A stretch of 63,103 bases of DNA, filler included, from Candidatus Woesearchaeota archaeon (GTDB taxonomy: Archaea; Nanobdellota; Nanobdellia; Woesearchaeales; J072): assembly GCA_003695265.1 (NCBI GenBank). It is 6 parts of 6 records of this genome, joined end to end, with 100 filler letters (N's around TTAATTAATTAA, not from the genome) between each part and the next. Parts side by side here need not be neighbours in the genome. Positions count along the whole stretch, not along the records: positions 14,676 to 32,997 come from RFII01000082.1; positions 33,098 to 45,738 come from RFII01000083.1; 4 more parts are not named here. One strand, written 5' to 3'. The position numbers and the translations under genes were made by a program. Below, in pieces: positions 29,643 through 40,566 of this stretch. A model generated the notes under the pieces. The model worked only from the letters and a program-made list of their open reading frames with translations, was not told the DNA's origin and made no database searches. Every line of letters starts with the position of its first letter. Within the stretch, counting starts at the first letter, position 1.

Positions 29643-29673
29643 TAAAAATTTTAATTCTTTTTTTAGAATTATT

Positions 29674-32600
29674 TTAACCAACAACATTTAATATTATCGT
29701 TGGGCTTGTCACTTCCCCGCCTGCGTCGTCTCTTGCTGTTATTTTTATTTGGGCAGTGCCTGTCCAATTATAATCAGGAGTTAGTATCAAAAGCGAGCCG
29801 TCTATGGTTGCTGTTATGTTTTCCGGCTGCGTTGTTGAATAAGTCAAGACATCGCCGTCAGGGTCAAAGAAGTACTCAGAAAGGTCTATCTCGTAATTGT
29901 TGTTCTTTTTCCACTCATGATACAAGAAAGTGCCCCTTATGCTTTCGTAAGGGTCAAACGGCTCTTCTTCAGTGCCCTCCTCAATAATTTCAGACTGTTC
30001 TAATTCGTTTGACTCGTTTGCTCCTGGCTTTTCCATTCCAAAACCTTTAATCATAAGAACCGCTTTGTGCCTTAAACCGCGTAATTCTTGGCTGCTGGTT
30101 TGCCATATAATACTGCCAAGCACTAAAATAAAAGCAACGTAAACTGCTATCAATAAGACAACCTTGACGTTTGATTTTTTCCTCTTTTTTTCTTTTGTCT
30201 TCTTCTCTGCCCTTTTCTTTTCTTCCTTTGTTATTTTTGCCTGATGCTGCTTTGTTTCCCTTTCTTCCTTAGTTACCCGCTTTTTCTTTAGCTTGGCAAC
30301 AAGAATTATTAATATGATGAGAACAATTATAATCAGGATAATTATGAGTATGTGCCACCTGTACTGGAACAAGAACTGTGATTCTAAGCCAGCTGTTTCA
30401 GCGCTGACAGAAGCGTTTTCTCGGAGAAAAGTCTCATTTGCTGCTTGTTGCGTTACGTTGACTTGGTAAAGCTGAGCTTTTATCTGCCACAAAACCAAAG
30501 CAATTAAAGCCAAGATTATGATAATAATAATTATTCCAAAGATTATTTTCCATTTCGGCCTTCTCCTCTCTTTCAAGGTCTCAAGAGGCACTTTTTCCAC
30601 GACTCTTGCAATCCTAAGGCGTTTCTTCCTTAGCTTAACTAACAACGATACGATAAAGAAGAGTACGAGAAGAATTATGAGAACTAACACAACGTGCCAC
30701 TTGTACTGGAATAGTGGGCTGGCTTGGACGTCAGATATTGCTTTTGATGAAATGTTTAGTGCTTCTCTTTCAGTAATTGTCTCGTTTATTTTAGAAGGAA
30801 CAATTTTGAAGTGTGATATTAAGGTTCCTAGAACAATGAATATTGCAAAAACTGCTATGATCAGCCATGCCAAAAGAAGCTTAGATCCTTTTTTTGGCTT
30901 CTTAACAGCTGCCTCTTCTTTCTTTTTTATCTCTTTCTCTTTCAGGATTTCCTTTGGCTTTTTCTCCTCTTTAACAAGCTTTATTTTCTCTTCCCTTATT
31001 ATTTCAGGTTTTGACTTAGAAAGCATAAGAGCCAAGAAGAGCACTAAGAGGAAAACAACCGCTCCAATTATTGTTAATAATGCGTTCTTCACCTTATCAG
31101 AAATGCCGAATTTTCCGCCAATATTAAAATTCACTTCATTCACATAAGATGTTCCGCTTTCTTCAGAGGTTATTATTATCTCTGCCTCGTGTTTTCCAGC
31201 GCTAACGTTTGGGCCTGGAGCTGTGGTAATGTTTAGCTCGGCTATTTCTCCCGGTATTAGCTCAATAGAATCTGGTGAAACAGAAACCCAGTCAGGCTTG
31301 GCGCTGATAACATAATTTGTTGTTTTTAATCCGTAATTCTGCAGGAGAATGGGTATTTTATTTGCTGAATAGTTTACGTTATATTTCTTTTTCGTAATAA
31401 GATTTGGCTTGTAGCAGCTTTGTTGTGAGAAGACTTTAAGTTTTAGGCTTGCGTTGCTCTTTATTTCAGGAGCAGAGAGCACGGTTGACTGAACAGTTAT
31501 GTCATAATCAGCATTTTTTGACGGCGGCCTTATTTCAAGATTAACTGTCTGCTCTTCGCCAGGGTCAAGCCTCAGATCGTTTTGGGAAAGTGCTACGAAC
31601 TCAGGACCAATTAATTCAAGATAAAATGTTTCTGCTGATTCGCCTAAGTTCTTAACGTAGACATTGTATTTTTTTGGCTCTGCACAAATAGCATCGACAG
31701 GAGTTTCTAATTCCACTGATGGAATATGGCATTTTGAAACCTCAATAAAATTTGTTTCTTTTTTTTCTATTCCACCGCGCCTTGATTTTGCCTTGAGCTC
31801 AATTTTGTAAACGCCTTCTGAGCCTAAAGGAGGGTAAGCATTGATGAGCACAGGGACTTTTAGCCCTCCTGGGACTAGCAGTGCTTCGTCAGCTAGTTCA
31901 AGCCATCTGGGACCTTTTAGTTCAAGGTCGTAAATGTTGTTGAAGTCTGCTTTGTTCTGGATTGAGAACTCCACAGTATTATCGTCTAATTCGCATATTG
32001 TTGCAGGGCTTGACTCAATGCTGTAATCATAAGCTGGAAGAACGTTCAATTCCAAAGAGAAAGATGTTGTAAATCCAGACTGTTTTGCTGAAAAAGTCAA
32101 AGGGATTTCTTGTTTTCCATATAATTCGCAAGGCAGAGTCACAAAAACCTCAAACGAATAGTTTTCTCCAGGCATTAAGGTAATACTTTCTAAAGGAAAT
32201 TCAACATAATTTGAGTCTGATGACATTGAATATGTTTCCGAATATGTTCCTGTATTAAAAATCTCAAGATTGAAGCTTGTTGGCGCGCATGGGAAAACTG
32301 TTTTTGAAATGCCGTGCGCTCTCACCTTCAGGTTGCTGCATTTTTTTACGATTATGTTTCGTGTGAGTTTTTTTGTTGAGCCATCAGCCCTTAAAATAAT
32401 TGTTTGGTTATAACTTCCTTCAGCGCTGCATGGCGGGTTTAGGTAATTAGTAATAAACGAGTTCTCGAAAGGTGCTAGTATAATTTCCTGCTGCGAGAAA
32501 GTTGACCATTTGCTTGCAGTTCCTTCTTGGGTTACATGATAAAAATACACCTCATTATTGTTGTTATAAATGGGTATTTTTTCCTCGTGCAATGAGCATG

Positions 32601-32694
32601 CGCAGATAGTTGTGTCTGAAATTTCCTGTGCTGAAATAGTAGGGATTAAGAGAAAAAGGAAAATCAGCAACAATAGTAGTTTGTCATTTTTCAT
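29674..32694 (-). CDS. Large cell-surface protein: Ig-like repeats, several TM/lysine-rich repeats, C-terminal cadherin-like domain
   Basis: Signal peptide; repeated NxG..Y.L..L.PGE; repeated LFQY[KR]WH + TM; YFFDPDGDVLTY. Confidence 0.8.
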   Translation of the reverse strand: MKNDKLLLLLIFLFLLIPTISAQEISDTTICACSLHEEKIPIYNNNNEVYFYHVTQEGTASKWSTFSQQEIILAPFENSFITNYLNPPCSAEGSYNQTIILRADGSTKKLTRNIIVKKCSNLKVRAHGISKTVFPCAPTSFNLEIFNTGTYSETYSMSSDSNYVEFPLESITLMPGENYSFEVFVTLPCELYGKQEIPLTFSAKQSGFTTSFSLELNVLPAYDYSIESSPATICELDDNTVEFSIQNKADFNNIYDLELKGPRWLELADEALLVPGGLKVPVLINAYPPLGSEGVYKIELKAKSRRGGIEKKETNFIEVSKCHIPSVELETPVDAICAEPKKYNVYVKNLGESAETFYLELIGPEFVALSQNDLRLDPGEEQTVNLEIRPPSKNADYDITVQSTVLSAPEIKSNASLKLKVFSQQSCYKPNLITKKKYNVNYSANKIPILLQNYGLKTTNYVISAKPDWVSVSPDSIELIPGEIAELNITTAPGPNVSAGKHEAEIIITSEESGTSYVNEVNFNIGGKFGISDKVKNALLTIIGAVVFLLVLFLALMLSKSKPEIIREEKIKLVKEEKKPKEILKEKEIKKKEEAAVKKPKKGSKLLLAWLIIAVFAIFIVLGTLISHFKIVPSKINETITEREALNISSKAISDVQASPLFQYKWHVVLVLIILLVLFFIVSLLVKLRKKRLRIARVVEKVPLETLKERRRPKWKIIFGIIIIIIILALIALVLWQIKAQLYQVNVTQQAANETFLRENASVSAETAGLESQFLFQYRWHILIIILIIIVLIILIILVAKLKKKRVTKEERETKQHQAKITKEEKKRAEKKTKEKKRKKSNVKVVLLIAVYVAFILVLGSIIWQTSSQELRGLRHKAVLMIKGFGMEKPGANESNELEQSEIIEEGTEEEPFDPYESIRGTFLYHEWKKNNNYEIDLSEYFFDPDGDVLTYSTTQPENITATIDGSLLILTPDYNWTGTAQIKITARDDAGGEVTSPTIILNVVG

Positions 32695-32762
32695 AATTGC
32701 GCCCCTCTACACAAAACAAAAAACGATTTTAATACAACAAAAGAAAAAAAGAAAAAATGTTT

Positions 32763-32997
32763 TTAATAATAGGTCTGGCCTGCTTCAGCCTCAGGTTCCT
32801 CCTCTTTTCTCATCTTGTTAAAGCCGATTATTAAGCCCAAGATGATTAAGAGAATCACAAGGATTATAAGGCCAACCTCTAATCCTTTCTTAAGGCTGTC
32901 AAAGTCTTCTGCAGCGCCTTGTGAAGGTACTTGCCCTTCTTCCTCGGCTGGAACCACTTCAACAGTCAACGGAACCTGTTTTGACTCATTGCCAGAT
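32763..32997 (-). CDS. C-terminal fragment of a membrane-anchored surface protein
   Basis: LKKGLEVGLIILV TM followed by GQTYY; runs into the gap. Confidence 0.65.
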
Positions 32998-33117
32998 NNN
33001 NNNNNNNNNNNNNNNNNNNNNNNNNNNNNNNNNNNNNNNNNTTAATTAATTAANNNNNNNNNNNNNNNNNNNNNNNNNNNNNNNNNNNNNNNNNNNNAAA
33101 TTATATTAAATGATTAA

Positions 33118-34206
33118 TCACGGCAGCCAGCTCTTCTCATCCTTAAGCTTTGCAGGCAGGTAATCAGAAATAACAAAGTTGAGGCCGTGCTTTGCAAGCG
33201 CCTGCTGCTCAGCTCTTACTTTCATACTGACAAGCTCTTTCAGTGCTTTCTGCCATTCCTTATGGTGCTGCACGAAAGGGTCGTTTTTTATTCCATCTTT
33301 CACGCGCTTGATGTCAATGTCTTTCAAAGGATGTGTTGGAAGCTTGTATTCAGTAATGTCTTTCGGAGTTATTCCCAAAAATTTTGCTTTGGGAACGCAG
33401 AAGAATTCATTCAGGTGAGCTGCGTTTCCAGAACCAACCTTTAAGGTTCTGTAAATATTAAGATAACCATAAGGATCGCCGTCAGTAAACACATAAACTG
33501 GAAGTTTTTTTTCGTCACTCAGCCTTCTTATGAAGCGCCTGCACGCCCTCGTTGGAACGCCACCCATGCTTATAAGGATGCAGTTTGCTTTTTTCCAGTA
33601 ATTGTGCTTTACGAGCCTTTGGAACATGCCTGCTGTTTCTATAGCTAAAATGAACTTCGCGTTTGTCTCAAACTTTAAGTGCTCAACAGAGCTTGGCACT
33701 GAATAGGCGCCAGAACCCATTTTTGAGCAGTCAATCCTTATTTCTTTTCCTGTATCCTGGTCCTTGTCAATCACAAAGAGCTTGCCGGCGATGTCCCCTC
33801 CTTTCTCCTCAGGTATGAAGCCGAGCTGCTCTCTGTTCACCATCATCATTGCCTCAACGTCATCCATCACAGCGTCGCTCTCAGCCTGCTCTTTAAAGCG
33901 GGCGTCTCCCCAGTTTTTTGAAACGTAGTAAGCTTCTCTTTTTGTGGCTATGTCATCTGTTTCAATAATATTTTTAGAAAGTGCCATCATCCTCAGTGTT
34001 TGCGCAAATGTTTTTATTGTTGAAGCTGTCAAAGTTCTCTGCTTCATCTTGCCGTTGAGCTCAAAGAAGCCTTTTTTCTCATCATAAGTGACATTGGATA
34101 ATGACCGGAGAGGCATTTCTAGCTCAGGAACTTTCTTCCTGATTACTTTTTGGTAAACATCAAGTGCTATTTCCTTAATCTTCTTCGCTGCCTTTGGCAT
34201 TTGCAA
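33118..34206 (-). CDS. top6A: DNA topoisomerase VI subunit A
   Basis: TKREAYY (catalytic Tyr), AIETAG, GVPTRACR, FTDGDPYG, AEQQAL. Confidence 0.97.
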   Translation of the reverse strand: MQMPKAAKKIKEIALDVYQKVIRKKVPELEMPLRSLSNVTYDEKKGFFELNGKMKQRTLTASTIKTFAQTLRMMALSKNIIETDDIATKREAYYVSKNWGDARFKEQAESDAVMDDVEAMMMVNREQLGFIPEEKGGDIAGKLFVIDKDQDTGKEIRIDCSKMGSGAYSVPSSVEHLKFETNAKFILAIETAGMFQRLVKHNYWKKANCILISMGGVPTRACRRFIRRLSDEKKLPVYVFTDGDPYGYLNIYRTLKVGSGNAAHLNEFFCVPKAKFLGITPKDITEYKLPTHPLKDIDIKRVKDGIKNDPFVQHHKEWQKALKELVSMKVRAEQQALAKHGLNFVISDYLPAKLKDEKSWLP

Positions 34207-35845
34207 TTTCCTCTTTATTCTCCTCTTTTCCTAATCTTGCGAGGTTTTCATCATAATCAACGTTCTTCGTCTCATCAAATTCAATTAATTCCAATTTTCC
34301 GCGGCTCTTCTCAAGCGTTTCTTTCAATGATTTTTCAATTTTTTCCTCTTCCAACTTACTTAAGCCAAGAAGCTCCTGCAACGCCTGGCCGACATGGGGT
34401 ATGTATTTCTCGATAAAACTTCTCTTCTTGAACTCCATTGCTACTCTTCTTTTTTTGCCAACATAACTAGAAAGCTTCCTGCCACATTCTTGGAGTGCAA
34501 GTTTAATCTCTTTGATTATCTCAGGATAATGGGCTATTGCCTCTTTGCTTTCTGATGTGAAAGGCACCCACACAGAAGCTATGTGAACAACAATAGTTGC
34601 AGGCCCGACAGGCAACGAGCCCCTGCTCTGCTGCAAGCCGTAAGATTTCCAAGATGTTTCAATAATTGACTTTGTGATTGCGCATGCGCCCTGCTGAAAT
34701 ATTAAGGGAACCCTGTTGGCAAACCTTAATATCCTCACAGTCTTATCTCCAGGCTGGTTTCCACCGTAAGCAATTCCAGCCTCAATAATAAATGGGTTGC
34801 CGCGATAAACAGAAGGTGGTCTTGTTACAGAAGTGTAAAACTCAGCATTAATTTCTTTTCTTAAGCCTTTTTCAAGCTGCGCAGCACCAATTGGTGAGAT
34901 GCAGTCCGTTGGAGGATTCATGATTTTTGTCTTGTTAATCCCTTTCAAAAGCTGCTCTGCCATTTCCCTGCTCATTGCTTTGGGCTTTGTGTTTGGCAAA
35001 AGCGCTGCGTTCTCGCAAATCTCTTTTGCTGTTCCAGCGCCGACCCTTGAGAATTCTGTTGTCAAAAAGCTCTGCAGAGTTCTTGTCTCTGTCCAGCGAA
35101 GCATCTTTATCAAAATTCCTAACTCAACGCCGTAAGGGTGCGGCTTTATTTCTTTAGGCTCTTTAGGAAGCGTATCAACAGCCCTTACAAACATTCTCTG
35201 CTCTCCTCTCGGTGGCTGGTATATTATAGTCACATGCGGGTTTACAATAGCAGTTTCTTTTATGTATTCGTCGATTGACTGGCTTCCACCAATGTAAGAA
35301 CCTTCCAAATCAATCTCGACTTTTGTCCCGTGCTCCTTTTCCCATTCAATAACTTCCTCTTTTAGTATCTCAGGGCTGTTCTTTTGAGTGTTAATGTGAA
35401 GTTCGTAGTAGTGCGCCGGAGATTTTGGGCCTGTTTTTGAGGTTATCTTTGCAGGCCTACCAGTGGTAAGCTGGCCGTACATCACGCTTGCGCTTATGCC
35501 AATCCCCTGCTGACCGCGGCTCATCTTCAATGAATGAAATTTGCTTCCGTACAAAAGCTTTGCAAAAATTTTTGGTATCTGGTTTTTCACAATTCCAGGG
35601 CCGTTGTCCTCAACAGTAACATGGAACCTGTCGTTGCCCATATCAATTACTTCAACAATTATTTCTGGAAGAATGCCTGCTTCCTCGCACGCATCCAGAG
35701 AATTGTCCACAGCTTCTTTTATTGTTGTAAGAAGTGCTTTGCGCTTATTGTCAAAGCCGAGAAGATGCCTGTTTCTGGCAAAGAACTCTGCAACTCCTAT
35801 TTCACGCTGCTTCTGGGCTAATTCCTGAGCGCTTTTTTTAGCCAT
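34175..35845 (-). CDS. top6B: DNA topoisomerase VI subunit B
   Basis: KEAVDNSLDACEE, EDNGPGI, SRGQQGIGIS, RFANRVPL, PFTSESKEA. Confidence 0.97.
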   Translation of the reverse strand: MAKKSAQELAQKQREIGVAEFFARNRHLLGFDNKRKALLTTIKEAVDNSLDACEEAGILPEIIVEVIDMGNDRFHVTVEDNGPGIVKNQIPKIFAKLLYGSKFHSLKMSRGQQGIGISASVMYGQLTTGRPAKITSKTGPKSPAHYYELHINTQKNSPEILKEEVIEWEKEHGTKVEIDLEGSYIGGSQSIDEYIKETAIVNPHVTIIYQPPRGEQRMFVRAVDTLPKEPKEIKPHPYGVELGILIKMLRWTETRTLQSFLTTEFSRVGAGTAKEICENAALLPNTKPKAMSREMAEQLLKGINKTKIMNPPTDCISPIGAAQLEKGLRKEINAEFYTSVTRPPSVYRGNPFIIEAGIAYGGNQPGDKTVRILRFANRVPLIFQQGACAITKSIIETSWKSYGLQQSRGSLPVGPATIVVHIASVWVPFTSESKEAIAHYPEIIKEIKLALQECGRKLSSYVGKKRRVAMEFKKRSFIEKYIPHVGQALQELLGLSKLEEEKIEKSLKETLEKSRGKLELIEFDETKNVDYDENLARLGKEENKEEIANAKGSEED

Positions 35846-35897
35846 GTTGATTACAAGTTTAGGTTATGTTTAAAAATTTTTTGTAAAAAAAACGAGT

Positions 35898-36431
35898 TTA
35901 TAACTGTCCTAATCTAATCTCTCGGCGCCTTCTTTCCAGCCACTTATAAACATGTGAGTGCGGGCTTCCCTGAAGCAGTGACTCAACTGCTTTTCTGGCT
36001 GCTGTAACATTGTCTGCAAACCCTATTATCCCTATTGTTTTGCCGTAAACAGAAATAAATGTTTCTGTAAGATCCTCGACAGTTTTCCGGGCTTTTCCTT
36101 CTGCGCCTATAATCCTTCCTTTCATTCTTTCCATGCTGCTCTTAGTTTTCACATAATCATTTATGTTAATAAGCTCAAAGAAATAATCCTGCTTTATCAA
36201 TAATTTTGCTATGTCAGGGTTAAAGCCTCGGCCAACGGCTTTCACAACCTCTTTTGCTGTGAAAATACCTAAAGCGTCATTACCTTCTATCTTAACATCA
36301 CCTTCTTTTGAGTCAACAGAAATTTTAGTGCCTGTTTCCTCCTCTAACTCTTTTTTTAAAGAGCCTTTAGGGCCTATAAGAACGCCGACACGATCCAAAG
36401 GTATTTTTAAAGTATCCATAAATTCTGCCAT
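35898..36431 (-). CDS. dim2: KH-domain pre-rRNA processing protein Dim2/Pno1
   Basis: VLIGPKG, AVGRGFNP, GRIIGAEGK, GSPHSHVY. Confidence 0.92.
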   Translation of the reverse strand: MAEFMDTLKIPLDRVGVLIGPKGSLKKELEEETGTKISVDSKEGDVKIEGNDALGIFTAKEVVKAVGRGFNPDIAKLLIKQDYFFELININDYVKTKSSMERMKGRIIGAEGKARKTVEDLTETFISVYGKTIGIIGFADNVTAARKAVESLLQGSPHSHVYKWLERRRREIRLGQL

Positions 36432-36514
36432 AAACAATGATAAAAATAAAGTATTTTTAAACTTTGTTGTACATTAATAAAATTTATATAGATTCTCGCC
36501 CAATCATTATACTT

Positions 36515-37603
36515 ATGAAGAAAAAGAGGTTGGGCTTATTGATATTATTCCTGTTATTAGTTAATGGTGTTTTTGCCCAGCCAGACATCGAGTTGAACTC
36601 TTTCAGAGAACCAGGCGATTTTGGCTCTGTTACTCCGCCTTTGATTCCTTTACAAAGCAATAATACCAACAACAGCTCAAGAGAGGACATTTATTCTTAT
36701 TTGGAGCTAAAGGACATCAGCACAGGTAATACTATTAACAATATTCATGTCATAATATCTATAGAGGACCATTTGACAGCAGAGGAGTTCAAAACAATAA
36801 AATATGTTGGCGAGGACGGCCTTTTGCCGTTGTCTTTGGAAAATGGAACTTACACTTTAACCCTAAAAGTTGACAAGCTCGGCACACCTGGAAACGATTA
36901 CATAAACTCTTTTGACGTCGAGGTTGAAGGGAGGTTTTATGATACTATTTTCATGCTACCTGTTGGAAGTGTCCGCGGTATTGTTTACGATCAGAATGGT
37001 AATGCGGTTTCCTCTGCAAACATCCAATTTGACTGCAGCACAGCATATGGCGAAACGCATCCAATAATAACTGATTCATTTGGTTCCTTCTCAGGCAGCT
37101 GGTTGCCTGTAGGTTCTTGCAAGATTTCAGCAGCATATAATGGAAATGTTGGTTACCAATTTGTTAATATAACTCATGGCAGCCTTAAAGACATTGAGAT
37201 AGTATTAAGCAAAAGCCTCGTAACACAAGTAAATAATTCTTTTTGGTACATTGTTTATGTTGTCCTCGGATTATTAATCTTGTACGGGGCGCATTTTGCA
37301 GTTAGTAAAAAAAGGAAAAGAATCGACGAGGAAGTAAAAGACATTGAAGATGAAAAAAAGCTCAGCAAGAGAAGCGAGGACATACTAAAAACATTAAGCG
37401 ACAGGGAGCGCGACATAGTGCATTTTCTCCTTGAGTCAAACAACCAGAGCACTCAAGCAAAAGTGCGTTACAGCACAGGCATCCCAAAAACATCACTAAG
37501 CAGAATTCTAGACAGTTTGGCTGCAAAAAAGGTCGTTTCGATAGAAAAAATCGGAAAAATGAAGAAAATAAGGCTTACTGGCTGGTTTCTCGGGAAGGAC
37601 TAA
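36515..37603 (+). CDS. Membrane-spanning regulator: extracellular Ig/carboxypeptidase-regulatory-like domains, one TM, cytoplasmic wHTH
   Basis: Signal peptide, GSVRGIV..TDSFGSF, TM, LSDRERDIV..TQAKV..IPKTSLSRIL..EKIGK. Confidence 0.8.
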   Translation: MKKKRLGLLILFLLLVNGVFAQPDIELNSFREPGDFGSVTPPLIPLQSNNTNNSSREDIYSYLELKDISTGNTINNIHVIISIEDHLTAEEFKTIKYVGEDGLLPLSLENGTYTLTLKVDKLGTPGNDYINSFDVEVEGRFYDTIFMLPVGSVRGIVYDQNGNAVSSANIQFDCSTAYGETHPIITDSFGSFSGSWLPVGSCKISAAYNGNVGYQFVNITHGSLKDIEIVLSKSLVTQVNNSFWYIVYVVLGLLILYGAHFAVSKKRKRIDEEVKDIEDEKKLSKRSEDILKTLSDRERDIVHFLLESNNQSTQAKVRYSTGIPKTSLSRILDSLAAKKVVSIEKIGKMKKIRLTGWFLGKD

Positions 37604-37862
37604 AAAGGGCTTTTATTCAGCCTTATTTTCCTAAATGGGCTTTCTTGGACCGTTATTATAACTTTAAATCCATTAAAAGTCTTCTTAATTTATTAATATT
37701 TTCCCGGTTTTACTATGGGCTAGCACCAGTTAATACAGGTAAACTGGTGGGCTATCCTTTTGTGTGAGAACACATCTCGTTCCACACTTTTTTATTTTTT
37801 AAGGAATGGCAAAAAAGAGCTAAAAAATGATTATTATAAAAGATAAGTTTGGAGGTAAAAAA

Positions 37863-40433
37863 ATGAAGAAGAACCAAAATAATTTTTTGAAAAATTTGTT
37901 TAGTTTTATTGTTTTAGGAATTTTGGCTTTTAGCATTTTACCATTAGAATCTCTTGCAGAAAATAGAACGGCCGACGTCACGATTTTGCCGGCCAACTCA
38001 AGATACTGTGATATAAGAGACACAATAAGCGAGGGCGAGCAAAGGACGTACAGTTTTGAGTTTGCAGAAGATTATGATATACAACTTGTACTAGCAACAA
38101 ATGAGCGTGCAAGGTTCAAGATTAACGGAGAAATAACAGAAGAATTAGGAATAGGTGAGAGTGATGAGCTAATGAATGGAGCTTTCATAAGTGTGTTGAA
38201 TATTTATTCATCAAAAATAAAAGGATTATTTAATAGTGCTGAGTCTGTTGTTAAAAACGTTGAGTTTTGCTTGTTGGCAGAACCTTTCCATCCTGGATTG
38301 GAAGAGCACTTTGATTCAACAAAAGTGAAACATCTTGATATGTACATTTATTCTAAGCCGCACTGGCTTGGAAGAAACATCCATTGGGATAATGAGCAAA
38401 GATCTCATTTGACTGAAATCGATGATGAGACTGTTGAACTGAACTTTGAGGACTGGTCAGACTTTGATTTCGACGACGCTGTTTTTAGAGTCGAAAATGT
38501 TGGAAGTAATGAAATAAAGGTGACTCTTACAAATATGAGTACTGCTGCGCCTAATCCAACACATATAGTCTTAGATTTTGAAGGCAAGCAAAAAAAGGTT
38601 TATGATCCGAATGGAAGAGTAATGACTGGTGACCATTTTGATATTCTTCTTTGGGATGATTTAAGAGATGTTCCTATAGGCAGTTCAAAAACAATAATGT
38701 TTAATGATTTACCTGAAGGACAACCCGACTTGGTGGTAGAAGATATTTCATTTGAGCCCAACAGCCCAGATGAGGATGATAATGTTAGAATTGGTGTCAC
38801 TGTTAGGAATGTTGGCAGTGGAGTTGCTGAGAATTTTGCTGTTGGCTTGTTCAAGTTTGTAGGATTTAAGCCTGCACAGACTGTTTTAGATATTGATGAA
38901 GATGTTTACACAGCAGAAAAGGCAACTAACACCTACCAAAAGAAGTTGTTTTCCCTTGGTGCAGGAGAGTCAGAAACCCTATACTTCGGGCCTTACAAGT
39001 TTGACTCTGGTCACCACTTGTTTATGGCTGAAGCTGACATTTTTAACACTGTTGAAGAATTAAATGAGACGAACAACAAGATGTTCAGGGGCCTTTACGT
39101 TAGAGAAGGAGATAATAATCAGGTAATCTACGTTGAACTCGGAGAAAAGTTTGGTTTAATCCCAGAGCAAAGCGCAATAGTGACAAATTATAATAACATG
39201 AGAATACAGCTCAACAGCATTCAATCTTTTGTATGCGCCGCTGTTGTAGGTTCTAAATGTTACCCGTACATAGCAAACTTTGATGCTAGCATTAGTTATG
39301 ACAATAATGCTGGTCTGGGTGTGAACTTTGATTTGAAAGAAGGTGAGAGCAAGGAATTATTTGGTGCTGTCATAACCTTACTAGATTTGAGCAGTGATAA
39401 GGCAACCTTGATTATTGAGAAAGAAAATGATTCCCATACTGATTTGGTTGAAGTTAGCATAGAGCCAAAAAAGCAGACAGTAAAAGCAGGAGAAACTGCA
39501 AGTTATAAAGTCACAATAAAGGACAAGCATCATCAAATTGAATGCTTTAAGGCACCTTGCCTTCAGCCAGAGTACAAATATGAATTGTCTGTTGGCAACA
39601 TGCCTTTACAAGTTGATATTTGGAAGTACATTTATCTGACTGCCGGACAAAAAAAAACACTTGATCTGGAGATCGACACAGGATGGCTTGAAGACAGTTT
39701 CCCGAAACCTCCAAAGATTAGTGAGGAAAATCTTGAGGATGATAAGGAAGGAATCAATTCTGAAAAGGCCGTCACAAACGTGAAGCCTTTGTACATAGGC
39801 CATGATGAAAAAACTTACAGGTTCTTTGTAAGTGCAAAGCTTGTCGGAGATGAGAACGTAAAGCATAAGGGCTGGGCAAGTTTAAAAGTGATATCATGGC
39901 ATAAGCCAAAACCAGGCTCTACTGTTTCAATTAGTTTAAATAAAGGCTGGAACCTTGTCAGCATTCCTGGAAAGCTGAAAAAATTCATGTCGAACCAGTG
40001 CACGGATGAGAAAAAGCTGATAGCTTATGTTTGGATTGACGGCAAGTATGTTACTTTGCAGGAGGCAAGGGAAATCCTTGGTCACGAGTTTGCAGAATTC
40101 ATAGGCAAGAACGCTTTTTGGGTTTATTCTCATAACTCATGTGACTTAAAAGTAAGAATTGGTGATACGACCAGAGCAAGCGAGATTGATTTGAGTCCCG
40201 GATGGAACTTCTTGCCTGTGACTTATGATATGATCAGCAGGAAAGCAGAAGAAATCAGTAAGGGATGCAGCATAAACTCAATTTACAGCTGGGACGCAAA
40301 CCACCAAGAATGGGATTATGTTTCACTTGCGCATATTGTAAGTAACAAGGATATTGGCAAAGGTTACATTGCAAGAAGCTCTAATTACTGCTGGCTAAGC
40401 GGAGGTTTAACACCACCCCCTTTGCCCGAATAA
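37863..40433 (+). CDS. Secreted surface protein with CARDB domain and C-terminal GWNL repeat domain
   Basis: GGAGGT SD; signal peptide; PDLVVEDI..V.NVG..ELNETNN; LNKGWNLVS, LSPGWNFLP; ends TPPPLPE. Confidence 0.8.
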   Translation: MKKNQNNFLKNLFSFIVLGILAFSILPLESLAENRTADVTILPANSRYCDIRDTISEGEQRTYSFEFAEDYDIQLVLATNERARFKINGEITEELGIGESDELMNGAFISVLNIYSSKIKGLFNSAESVVKNVEFCLLAEPFHPGLEEHFDSTKVKHLDMYIYSKPHWLGRNIHWDNEQRSHLTEIDDETVELNFEDWSDFDFDDAVFRVENVGSNEIKVTLTNMSTAAPNPTHIVLDFEGKQKKVYDPNGRVMTGDHFDILLWDDLRDVPIGSSKTIMFNDLPEGQPDLVVEDISFEPNSPDEDDNVRIGVTVRNVGSGVAENFAVGLFKFVGFKPAQTVLDIDEDVYTAEKATNTYQKKLFSLGAGESETLYFGPYKFDSGHHLFMAEADIFNTVEELNETNNKMFRGLYVREGDNNQVIYVELGEKFGLIPEQSAIVTNYNNMRIQLNSIQSFVCAAVVGSKCYPYIANFDASISYDNNAGLGVNFDLKEGESKELFGAVITLLDLSSDKATLIIEKENDSHTDLVEVSIEPKKQTVKAGETASYKVTIKDKHHQIECFKAPCLQPEYKYELSVGNMPLQVDIWKYIYLTAGQKKTLDLEIDTGWLEDSFPKPPKISEENLEDDKEGINSEKAVTNVKPLYIGHDEKTYRFFVSAKLVGDENVKHKGWASLKVISWHKPKPGSTVSISLNKGWNLVSIPGKLKKFMSNQCTDEKKLIAYVWIDGKYVTLQEAREILGHEFAEFIGKNAFWVYSHNSCDLKVRIGDTTRASEIDLSPGWNFLPVTYDMISRKAEEISKGCSINSIYSWDANHQEWDYVSLAHIVSNKDIGKGYIARSSNYCWLSGGLTPPPLPE

Positions 40434-40442
40434 ATCATCTTT

Positions 40443-40497
40443 TGTGAGGAAGATTTAATCACGGATCATCCCCTTTAGTCTTCCTCACATTTTTTAT
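40443..40497 (+). terminator. Stem-loop with T-tract between the two surface-protein paralogs
   Basis: TGTGAGGAAGA...TCTTCCTCACA 11-bp stem followed by TTTTTT. Confidence 0.5.
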
Positions 40498-40566
40498 TTA
40501 TCATTAAACCATTGAAAAAAAGGTTTAAATAAGAAATAAGACATAAATAAAACAAAGGTGATATTA

